In this document: positions 53,801 through 64,000 of the stretch, piece by piece
Layout: each line of letters starts with the position of its first letter
Numbering within the stretch: position 1 is the first letter of the stretch
Assembly: GCA_964035545.1 (NCBI GenBank)
Contig: OZ037770.1
Location: forward strand, 1,426,001-1,490,000
From: Bugula neritina
Taxonomy: Eukaryota > Animalia > Bryozoa
Direction of reading: 5' to 3'
Length of the DNA stretch: 64,000 nt
Position numbers and translations under genes: made by a program
Notes under the pieces: generated by a model
The model's input: the letters and a program-made list of their open reading frames with translations, nothing else
Databases searched by the model: none
Told to the model about the DNA's origin: nothing

Positions 53801-56800
53801 AATCTGGGGAAAAATTATATATGAGAAGCTGTTTTTGTAATAATTCCCTGCTCTAGAGTGGTTTAGAAGAATTGTTTTAAAGCAAAACTTTTGCATACAT
53901 GAGTTGAATAAAATCATTGAGAGTTTTATGAAGGTCTATTTGTGTATAGGTAGCCCTATGTCACAACTCAAGTTTTTAGATTTTATGTAATTTGTGGTGC
54001 AAAGTTGCAAATAAAAACCTTATTTTAATAATACTTAGACATATGCAAGCAATAAAGATAATGAAAAAAATGCTATAGTTGCTAATTAGCTAATATTGCT
54101 TGCATATGATGCAAATATTTGTATGCATGCATGTTTAGTTTATTAGCATTGGTTAGATATAATTGAATATATAGATTTGATGTGGAAATTGAAGAAAATC
54201 AATATGTTGTGTTCTATATACAACAACAGTTTTTACATTGGTTTGTTAATTACTTCATAAATCATTTATTACTTCATGCAATATTTGTTCCTGCAATTTT
54301 GCAGAGTGGCAAAATGCATTTCAAAGACATATATTAAGTGATTTTAATTATACTAGAATTTTCAAACTAAGAATTTTTGGGAAGTTTTCTTCTTCCTAAG
54401 ACATATGTGGCAATTAAACACATAATAAGTTGTAGGCCACAACTCCTTTATACAACCTTGCAAGAAATTATGCAGCCATTTAAATAGAAAAGGAAATATT
54501 GAATTTATTTATTCAACATTATTAGTATTTTATAAATATTTGTTGCATTTAATTAATGAGCATAAAATTTGTTTTACAAATACTGTAATTAACAGCATAT
54601 GGTAAAAATATATTTTATATACTGGTATATATTTTGTATTGTATTAGATTTAGGCTACATTGCTAATTAAAATGAGTTAATGGCTAAGTTTAAATATCTT
54701 CGACTTATAGATTACATTTTTATGTGCTATAAAAATTTAACTCGTTTGTTACGACATTTCTCCATGCATAAAAGCAAAACTTACGGCAAGAAATCCTTAG
54801 CTAGAAAGATAAATAATAATTTACTTTAATTACATCAAAAGCTAATATCAGCAAGCATTCTATAAATAATGGGAATTTACCTAGCGTAATTTTTCTTAAA
54901 CTAGCTAAGCTTGCTTGGTACTTTAATAAGTTTATTGGCATAGTGTATTATGTTATACTTATATATTTTTAAGACTTTAAGGAAAATGATGTTTTAGCTG
55001 CGTTATTCCTAATGCAAGCCTTATAAATTTACAATATATACTAAAATATTATATTTGTAATTAGAAAGAAAACAAATTACTTTCATAAACTTATAATTAT
55101 TGCATTCTGTTATTGTTAATGCTAGAATAACAAAATGAACACGGCATATGCTTCCCTAACCAGATGCTTTTAAACGGATTAAAAATAATTTGTCAATTTC
55201 TAATTATGAGGAACAAACTCCTCGGTAGTTTCTACATTTGCGCATGATTTTATCAAGATAGGCTTGCTTTTGTGTCAACCTGTAGCCAGTGCAACTATAC
55301 TTTATGTAACGAGTAAAACAGACTCATTTCAAAGTACACAGTCTAAAGGGTAGGAATTACTACAAAGAAAAGTGCCGGTTAAAAGTTAATTATAATTGGA
55401 AATAAGGTGAAATATCAGTCAGAAATTAAAAAGTGTCAACTAAAAAGGTGTATTGTTATTTCTTTTTGGCTTAATGAAAATGTTTTTTGAGGAAGAAGTA
55501 CGAGAAACATCTAGGAGGGGTTCATATCCACCACTGGCGACTACCTGTTTATTGATGAAGAACTATCCAATGATAGTACAGTATTATGGTCTTTTGCCTT
55601 ATAATTGGCTTTGATTTTTTTATGTCTAATTACGAGATACTAAACAGATGCAAAGTATGTTGTGCATAGGCAGTTTTTTTATGTCTCTAAACAACATTCT
55701 AGGAAAATATATACTGGATTTTCGGGTGATATGGACCGCCACTTGGGGGGTGATATGGAGCGTGGACCATATCACTCAGCAAATTGAATTTTTCTATTCA
55801 TATACAATTTTTTGAAGAAAAATAATACTATTTCTCAAGTGTTTCAAAAAATTATGAAGCATTAAACTTCTAAATATTGATTAGACAACAGTATAGCCAG
55901 TTGCTGTAGAATGTGTGCTTAAAATATTTATACTCATGCAATGTATTTTAGATGCCAAGATATTCTTTCAAAAATATTTGAAATGCTTGGAGTTAGGAGG
56001 CACTAAAAGAAGCTGTTAAACACTTTTTTAAATCTATTGTTTTATGTTACTTTTTAATATAGCAAAATGCATTTCTAACACAAAAAAGCTGATTTTATGT
56101 GACGGAGTCTGTGGTGGCCGATATCACCCGAAATTCCAAAAAATCCCCGGGTGATATGGTCCACCAATTTTCAATTATAGCTCAGTCAAGCATCTGTATA
56201 AGAGCTTCAAATTCTGTTTGTATGTCAGTAGAGATAGCACCCACATAATTTTCAATCAACCATAGTCAGCCTGGGCTGTGGGCTTAAGTGGCCCATATCA
56301 CCCGCAGGTTTCCCTCACATTTAGCGCATGATGCCGATAATAATAAAATGAGATATGTGCGGCTGATGCATAAACTAATACAGATCTCTGGTGTCAGTAT
56401 GAATCTATTATGCAGGTGGATATTGTAACAAGACATGAGGAGACAATGCAGGATATCAGAAAGTTGTTATCTATTGAGTTTCCTACTCTGAGGATATCAA
56501 AGTCTGGTTTACAGGTCAAAGGTTGGTTTATCTCTTATAAAATTTGACTGAAAAAGAGCTGGACACTTTTCAGTCCTTAGAAAAATTCAAAAAGTTTTAT
56601 CTCAGTTATTATAGCTGCATATATGTTAGTTTAAGTTGTTGATTTTTCTTCACCTTCTTGCATCCTTCAATCCATATAATTTCTTAGCTCTCATTTTTAG
56701 GTTATGTCCTTTGATAACTAAACATAAATGAGACAATTTGAACTAAATCATCGTATAAAGTACTTTTTTATCTGATATATAAGAAAATATCAAAATAACT

Positions 56801-58979
56801 TTATAATAGGCTACTGCTATACAGAGAAAGTTGAACAAGCTTTTCATATCATAAACTATTTTAAATATTCCAGTAACTTATCTTATTTGTTTTATTTGTT
56901 TGAAAAACATGGCATTGTATTAGTAGCCACCACATGCAGGATCTTCACTCTCTCACTTGCAACATTCCAAAACTTATGCAATTAGTTACTAATAAATGTA
57001 CACAAATGCTGACTCACGTGTTATGTATATAATGCTGCATAGTTTACTGTGATTTAGAGTCGGCTAAATGTCATCTGGAAATGTGAATATTATAATATGT
57101 AGCCAAACTGAAGTTGCGTTTATATCTCTGCTGAAAAAAGTACCGAGTTTAAGTTAATACTGCTTGTCCAGGTACCCCTTCATAGTTAAACTGAAACTCG
57201 TTGAAATCATATTGATGCGGATGCTCACTTTCTAAAATTGAAATTTGACTCGCATAATAGCTATTTGATGCCCTTTGTAAATGTCGTGAATTAGTGAAGC
57301 GGACAGCATAAAAGCAATAATTGAGAAGGCGTAGGCTATATAATTATTACTGTATAAGTACGCTGTCTAATCGCTAAATTGATAACTAAATCACGATGTT
57401 TACAAGGAGTTATTACTCCTATTTTGAAAACGACCGATGAAGTTATCACAATACAAAAATTATTACGAGTGGCTTTTACAATACAATGCAACTCCGAGAA
57501 ATTTCAACCCGGCCAAATCGAATTTCTGACAGAAAATCGTGAAGGTATAAAGGCAACTTTAGACTGAGGTTTAGGTTATGACTATAAATACACATATATG
57601 CACTAGACCAACAGCAGGATATATATGTTCATGCAAAATTGGGTTATATATGAAGTCAATTAGGTTTCTATAATTTGGTCTAACATTATCTTAGATGTTG
57701 TTTTACGTTTGTATGAACACTCCAAAACGCCCTGATATATGGTTTTTATGTACTATACTAAAGAAGAAACAAACACAGCATTATAGTTCAGGCATAGAAC
57801 ATGATTTACTGTGAATATAGCTGTTAGAAATTCCCTTTTCCTTTTGTAGAGAATTTTGCAGATTCTATATATACTGTATCAACAGTTAAACACAACTATT
57901 AATATAACTGTATATAATTGTAAATTGTATGACACTGCAATACTTTGCTTCTTATTTTACCCGCAGGAGAAAGAAGAGAGATTGAATTAGAAATTGTCTC
58001 ATTACCAGAGAGAATTTCGCACACTGAGTATGAGCTGACTACTACTGATACTCTACCTAAACGATTAACTCTGCTACATACAGTTCCTGTGTCTGGTGAA
58101 AGTACTTCAGTCTGTAACTATCAGGGTAATACTTATGTAGGACAAGACAAGGGAGTAGATATAATAGAGGGAAATAATCAGTCTAGCAGGGAGTTTATAA
58201 CAGCTACTGACTGGGTAGACAGTGTAGCTGTATACAAGGACAGACTGTATACTTTAGTATATGGTGACCCTTACACAGTCACAGTACATGATCAGACAGG
58301 GAAACTCATCACCAGCTGGACTATTTCTGATATTACAGATGGTTACTTCAACAAACTGGCAGTTGCTAATGATCAAGTGGTTATACCAGATAGAAAGAAA
58401 AAAAGACTGGTGGTCTACTCTCTTACTGGGGAGGTACAAAAACACATAAGCTGCCCTCTACTTGGTACCAGTGAAGTATCAGTATGTACTGTAGATGATC
58501 TTTCTGTTGTTGTGTCTGATTATGAATCTTCTAAAGTATTCAAAGTGAATATTTCAAGTGGAGAAGTTGAATGGACATCTGAACATGTGACTAGACCAGG
58601 AGGTGTAGCATACAGCAAAGGAAGAGTGTATGTAGCTATTGGGAATGCTAACACCAAAATCTGGATACTGGATGGGAACACAGGTTAATTTTATGGCATA
58701 TTAATTCACATACACCACGTGGTTATTGTCTGCTTGCCATACTTTCTATTGTAAAAAGTAAAGTAAATAAAAAATCACAGAGTTAGAGGATCTTGGTGAT
58801 TTAGTGTTTTGATAGTAACAGTGTGTATATTGACTTATGCTGTTTCAGGTAAACTGCTGACAAAGATATCAGATCCGGCTGAAAGAAGGGAATCTAATGT
58901 GTATGATCTTCATGTGACAGAAAAAACTCTGATTGTACCCAGGTTATGTGGAGAAGTGCTGTTTTATCAGATGGATTGA
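29850..58979 (+). CDS. TRIM-family E3 ligase: RING + B-box1 + B-box2 + coiled coil + NHL-like beta-propeller, 608 aa, 8 coding exons
   Basis: Exons 29850-30010, 30114-30273, 30545-30728, 34968-35164, 35355-35525, 56416-56521, 57967-58683, 58849-58979. All introns are GT-AG with matching phases (2,0,1,0,0,1,1); 1827 nt with no internal stop. RING CGFC...PRSLPCGHIHCLRC...CPFC; B-box CDTC...CKTC...CAKH...H; B-box CSKH...CRSC...CNAC...H; propeller words VVVSDY, PGGVAY, VYVA, KIWILD. Confidence 0.92.
31310..31485. repeat. 22-bp minisatellite, 8 copies (ttcaatggtgatcttatatatg)
   Basis: Direct reading in TRIM intron 3. Confidence 0.9.
31784..32176 (+). mobile_element. GC-richer interspersed repeat with two tRNA-like (SINE-type) heads
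   Basis: gtgtaatggttagcacacctg...gaggtcc...aaccc (~31815-31870) and atgtagtggtgagtgcgcctg...gaaggtct...gattcaaa (~32038-32090) resemble A-box/B-box tRNA heads. Boundaries are uncertain. Confidence 0.5.
45275..48246 (-). mobile_element. Decayed R4/Dong-clade non-LTR retrotransposon (copy inside copy B)
   Basis: Mirror of 13660-16625; ORF fragments 46394-46750, 45794-46075 and 47919-48152 match. Confidence 0.9.
50293..50698. mobile_element. Foldback/MITE-like element (inside copy B)
   Basis: Mirror of 11208-11612. Confidence 0.7.
57108..57562. mobile_element. ~455-bp MITE in TRIM intron 6 (possibly Kolobok-like ends)
   Basis: Imperfect TIRs ctgaagttgcgtttatat / gtataaaggcaactttag. The 3' part (gaaatttca...gaatttct...gaaaatcgtgaaggtat) recurs at ~24330-24440 and in its mirror. 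Confidence 0.6.
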
Positions 58980-60547
58980 AAAATTAAGTGAGGATTTCCA
59001 TTGCCTAGTATATTATTACACACAAACATACATATACACAGATATATGCAGAAACATATAAATATCTATTTTCCCAGAGATAACATATATGTGACTATAT
59101 ACTATATATTAGTCACACATACAGGATATGAAATGATATTCATAAATATTATATAGCAGCATATTTTATTTTAGCACTGTACAGCATGAAAAAAATACTT
59201 TAATTTCACATTTTCTATATAGTTATACCATGCGTTGATCAAAAACTGTTTTTTTTTAATTTATAAATCAAAATGTTCAAAAACAGCTTTTTAGACGCCA
59301 CATATATTTACTAAACAATATATTTGAACAAAGCTTCGTATTGCTCCTTTTTGTAAGGTTTTACTATAAAAGTTTTTGAAATATCGGTCTTTAATGCTTC
59401 CAGATTTGAACACACATTGTTTTTCAGTGTGATGATGTGTCATTCTTTGACTTTGCATCAATTTCTCAAATGCTGTTGATAGCTCAATGTCTTTTTATTC
59501 AACTGTATTTGTTACAATGATACTGGGAAATGTTCAATTATTAAATAAGTCATTTTATGTTAGTCAATTAATCAGTATTATATTGCAAATCAAAGCAAGA
59601 TTTATGTCTTTGCATAATTTTATATCAACTGATTTTTAAAATAAATACATTGCATTTCTGGACACTTGAGTGAATTAATTACTAAACACATATTGCTTTA
59701 AATAGTAGATAGAACTGCATGGGTCAGTCATTTACTCTAGTTAATACAAACTAAAGCAAATTAGGACCCATCAATAAACGGTTCCAAAAAGTCAAACTAC
59801 TGAAGGTAGCAATTTTCCTAAAATGCTTAACCATGATAAGCACAACAGCAGTTGCTTGCATTGTTGATTATTAAAATATCTTTTGCAGAAAATTTTAGCA
59901 ATCAACAGCTAAAACAGGCAACTCTTGAAAGCTTATATTTAGCTTAAGTTATGGCTACTATATAAAGAAAACATTGGTATTAATTATTACAAAAAGTTGA
60001 GTAATTTAATGTGTAACTGCATGTTTGTATATATAAAGAAAAAATTACCTAAACACAATTTTTAGTTTTTTGGGATCAAACACATGATCATTATCTTATA
60101 CCCAAAAATTATTACAAGAAGTTATATTTTCTGTGCAAAAATTAAGAAAAATATCTATAACTTAAAAAAACTTATAAATGTTTATATTTTAAAAACCTTA
60201 AATTAAGCTGACAAAACAAAAATAACTTTGAAGGAATTCAAAAATATTATTGCAATAAAATCATAATCCGCTATCTCTTCTTTAGCAGTTTTGACATTGC
60301 AATAGTACAAGTCTTATAAATTGTGTTCTGTATTTCAAGGAAGATCAACAACAAAAAATTTATTAGTTATTTGCTGTACGCAATAAGCCAGGGCTTTAAA
60401 TCAATTTCATTTGAGAATTTGATTTTCAGCTTTGTTATAAGGAGCCATTTATATCCATATACTACATATTTTTATTGTTTAAACGTGAAATGCCGAGTCA
60501 CTTAACATTTATTGTGAATATTTAAATAAAATTATAACCCATTTGGC

Positions 60548-60626
60548 TGCGTCAGATATATTGTGAATTATATACTGTACCTGTAAGCTGATTGGCTGAC
60601 ATTCCATAATGATAATATTATAAAAG
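60548..60626 (+). promoter_or_regulatory. Candidate Pol II core promoter (CRE/AP-1-like TGCGTCA, inverted CCAAT, TATA box)
   Basis: TGCGTCA 60548-60554, GATTGGC 60590-60596 and TATAAAAG 60619-60626, ~100 bp upstream of a signal-peptide ATG. Confidence 0.55.
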
Positions 60627-60727
60627 CACCAGAATATAGTGAGATTTATATTCAATTAATCTCAACTTGAAGAATCAGCAAGCTCTCTCTCTAGCAATTT
60701 ACCTGATGCCAAGCACCTGCTACCACA

Positions 60728-61868
60728 ATGAAGCACCTGTCATTATTGTATCCTTTACTTCTGACACTTGTAATCACTTCTATTTGCAAAACCAGAGCAG
60801 GTAGGATAATAAAACAATTTTTTGCGCTACTGTTATCTATGATAACATAATACAATAAATTGCTTAAGTCTAAATATGTTGTCATTAAAATTAATTTGAG
60901 CAAAAATAAAATCAAACCAGCTTAAAATTCTCATTTGAGACTTTTAAACATGAGATACCTTTATTAATTTTAGTTTTCTAATATTTATCTAAGTCATTAA
61001 CCAAATAGTTTCATCATAACTAAACTAACATTGATTTTTTAGTTATGTTTCCAGCTATATTAGAAGTACCCAAATTAACTCAAAGTAGATACTTAAAAGA
61101 TAGTCGACACAAATACTTGCTTTCTTTCTAGAAACTGCAAAGCATAGATAGTAACAAATTTATTTTCCAATTGTGGTTTATATATATGCACGTGATTCTA
61201 TAGCTAGAAAACGTCATTCTAAAGTAATTAAAGCAAAAGCTAGTACATCACATAACGCACTCTTGCTCCCATTACTTATAATTACTTAATTAATTAATAC
61301 AAATTGATTATTAATACAAAGCAATTATTAAACATAAGCTGGTTTAAAAATTCTAACTACATTTAGGTGTGTTTTTTTTTAATTTAACACTTATTATAGT
61401 GATCATACATTATTGTTTTTCAAGTAGTGTATAGGTTTGAGCTCCTTATTGCTATTTCCTTTTTGTGCTATTCACATAACAGGAAAATCTCTGTAAAACA
61501 GTAACTTTCAATGCTGAGCCAAACAATAGACTATATGTTTTATTTACTTACTTCAAATAATGAATACATTATTCAAAATTTAGAAAACAGGAAAAGATCT
61601 CTTAAAAACAAAAATAAAATGTTTTCACTTGATGCTAACAATCAATTGATGTTTAATATAATATGTGGTAATTTTTATAGCTATTGCAATATATTTTGTT
61701 ATGAATATGACATATACTTTTGCTTCAGCATAACAATCATATTGTTTTAGTATAATATAATATTGTATGTGAAAACAAAGCTGTCTATTTCTTGCAGACC
61801 GAATATATGATGAAGCAGGACTACTAAGAGTTTCAACGTACCAAGGGTCTGATATAGATAGACTATAA
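60728..61868 (+). CDS. Small secreted-protein gene (signal-peptide exon + exon 2; 47 aa if it ends here)
   Basis: Exon 60728-60800 encodes MKHLSLLYPLLLTLVITSICKTRA with donor CAG|gtagga (phase 1). Acceptor ctatttcttgcag| at 61797 gives in-phase DRIYDEAGLLRVSTYQGSDIDRL*. Confidence 0.55.
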
Positions 61869-62042
61869 TATATGACTCCACTTTTGTATAAAATCATAAA
61901 ATTGCAACCATATGGTTATTGTATTTGAAACCAAAACATGTATTCTGTATTTATATAAGTCACAATTTATCTATAATTAATTTATAGTGCACATTATAAA
62001 TATGCTTTACTTTTCTTCGTTTAGGAATTACTATAGCTGTGC

Positions 62043-62231
<189 letters not shown>

Positions 62232-62275
62232 GTATACGAGAAACATTGTTATTTATTACTTTATTAGGTAAAGTA

Positions 62276-62324
62276 ATTACACTGATATTTCGGGTACCAC
62301 TGTACTCATCTTCAGAGTAGCAAT
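62276..62324 (-). ncRNA. Minimal type I hammerhead ribozyme motif (Penelope-like element remnant)
   Basis: Minus strand reads attgctact-CTGAAGA-t-gagtac-agtg-gtaccc-GAA-ATAT-C-agtgtaat: core boxes, stem II with one mismatch, palindromic 4-nt stem III and bulged stem I. Confidence 0.65.
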
Positions 62325-62360
62325 GAATTGCTACTCTGAATAAGTAAAATTACCCATGGA

Positions 62361-62471
<111 letters not shown>

Positions 62472-62496
62472 TGGTCCCAAAACTACCTATTTACAG

Positions 62497-62820
62497 ATAT
62501 TATATTACCTAATTGACTCTACTATAGCTTAGTAGTTGCACCAGTCACGGCTCTAGCACTTGACCTATATACCACGGCTAAGCTAAATCTAAATCAAAGT
62601 TAATCTACAGCTTTCAAGCATCTATAATACGTATACTAACTATTTATTCATCTGTCAATGGGCAATGGGATGGTAGTATTAGAAAGAACTCAGTGATGGC
62701 TGATTGACATGAGGCCCCCAAGATTGCTTTGTTTCGGTTGAAAAAGGGCAAAGGCTATAACAATGGGATGACTGAACTTGCTCATATATTCTATGCAACA
62801 TGTTATGTTTGTGAGAAGTT
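62497..62820 (+). pseudogene. Possible decayed C-type-lectin-like exon
   Basis: Acceptor ctatttacag| at 62496. QDC (62719) and QWDD*TC (62761) are in one frame; YVCEK follows after a frameshift (62804); AATAAA at 62839. Multiple stops. Confidence 0.35.
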
Positions 62821-63554
62821 TTTAAAATATATTGTTTCAATAAAATAATCTAGCTTGATATTTTACAAACAAGTAAAACCTAAAACATTACTATATAATT
62901 GTGTATCCCATTTCTGTTAAAATTTGCAAGTATTTAGTTTTTTTTAAATCAAAATATAATTATAGTAATAATTGTATAGTAGTTATTATAGAGAAAAACA
63001 TACACAGCCTTGTATTTAGCTATATTTGCTATTTGCTCCAATTCAAATAATTTAAAATACGTTTGTTAGAAAAATATATAATATTTCAATAAACTGACAA
63101 TAACTTATTTAAATTTTTTAGCAATTATTACTCTGAAATCAAAACGGAAACTCACACAGTCTGCTAAATTTATTTACATTAGGATTCAAAAAATACTTTT
63201 GGCACACTTATAATTAACAATATTTCAACTGATGAGTTCAGACCTAGAATATTGAAATTTTTTCATGTATTTACATTTGGTAACAAAAAGTTGTGGTATA
63301 GTAGAAAATAATATATGCATATCATTGATCTTAAAAACAGAATATCCTTGGAGTGCATTCATTTTTTCTATGTTGACAAACATATCTTGGTCTGCAAAAT
63401 CTCAATCTTCTGAATCTTAATTCTCTTCGGTCTGCAAATCTTAACCTTAGAGTTTCCTATGAAAATAAAATTCAAAAATATCTTTAACATTCAAAAACTA
63501 TTGAGAGTGCATAAAACACGTCAATCAGCATTACATAATAGACCATGTAAAACT

Positions 63555-63929
63555 CAGCCAATCAGCAAAGTGTACCAGGTCAATGTCTTACCATTGTAAC
63601 TGATATAAAATTCTGCAAGTTCAATTGCAAAATGCATGCTTCTAAAAGCTAGTTGTGCAACTTTTTTTTCATGCATTATTTAATTTCATATCTTAAATTG
63701 ATGACTCTTGAAATGATTTTTTAAAATGTCTAAATTAAGTGTTTATAAAACGCAAATAAAAGTTGCATGTCTAGAAAAATGACCTGGTACACTTTTGCAA
63801 CTTAAGGCCAATTATTACATAACTGCCAGCTTAGTAGTTATTTGTTGTTGCAGCTTGAATGGGTTATTGTTTAGCATTGGAAGCTTGCAGTAAACATCTG
63901 TGAATTTGGTACATGACTTTGATTGGCTG
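63555..63929. repeat. Nested inverted repeats (possible foldback MITE, may extend past the window)
   Basis: aaagtgtaccaggtca (63567-63582) / tgacctggtacacttt (63780-63795); cagccaatca (63555) / tgattggctg (63920). Confidence 0.45.
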
Positions 63930-64000
63930 GTTTTTGAATGGCCCTTTAGTATATGCATCTGGATGGCTGGGTAGTGTAAACTCCGCCTACATCTAGCTAA

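Larger units (their letters stand above)
35963..55716. mobile_element. Giant (19,754 bp) non-autonomous hAT-like DNA element, copy B, with 8-bp TSD
   Basis: GATTTTCG at 35955-35962 and at 55717-55724 flanks the homology boundaries exactly. Begins CAGGGCATAATTTC and ends ATATACTG. Lies in TRIM intron 5. Confidence 0.88.
35593..56317. mobile_element. ~960-bp MITE (pogo/Tc1-mariner-like, TA-bounded) split by the giant insertion: halves 35593-35962 and 55725-56317
   Basis: TIRs taggggaaacctgggtgatatgaaccac and gtggcccatatcacccgcaggtttccct. Internal motif gggtgatatggaccac recurs about 8 times in both halves. Superfamily assignment is inference. Confidence 0.8.

Noticed and set aside
6131-55716. 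Inverted duplication as an assembly or haplotig artefact
   Set aside because: An exact 8-bp TSD, insertion into a reconstructable MITE, family-like termini and many arm-specific indels argue for a real insertion; read support is still needed.
63225-63262. CTGATGAG...GAAA hammerhead candidate
   Set aside because: No closing stem II pair and no stems I/III.

Overview
AT-rich animal (probably invertebrate) genomic DNA. The dominant structure is a pair of near-identical ~20-kb segments in inverted orientation (6131-26686 and 35963-55716) around a 9.3-kb spacer. The right copy has an exact 8-bp target-site duplication (GATTTTCG), CAG...CTG termini and shared subterminal motifs. It therefore looks like a giant non-autonomous hAT-like DNA transposon that hopped locally. 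It landed inside a ~1-kb MITE in intron 5 of an intact 8-exon TRIM gene (RING, two B-boxes, coiled coil, NHL-like propeller; 608 aa), so the 5' half of that gene lies in the potentially invertible spacer. Cargo includes a decayed R4/Dong-type non-LTR retrotransposon, a foldback element, ~5 kb of period-3/6 low-complexity DNA and exon-like remnants; I could not recognise a transposase. Also present: a single-exon sulfotransferase-fold CDS, a small signal-peptide gene missing from the ORF track, a Penelope-type minimal hammerhead ribozyme between (TA)n tracts, and several satellites. All alignments and splice calls were made by eye.
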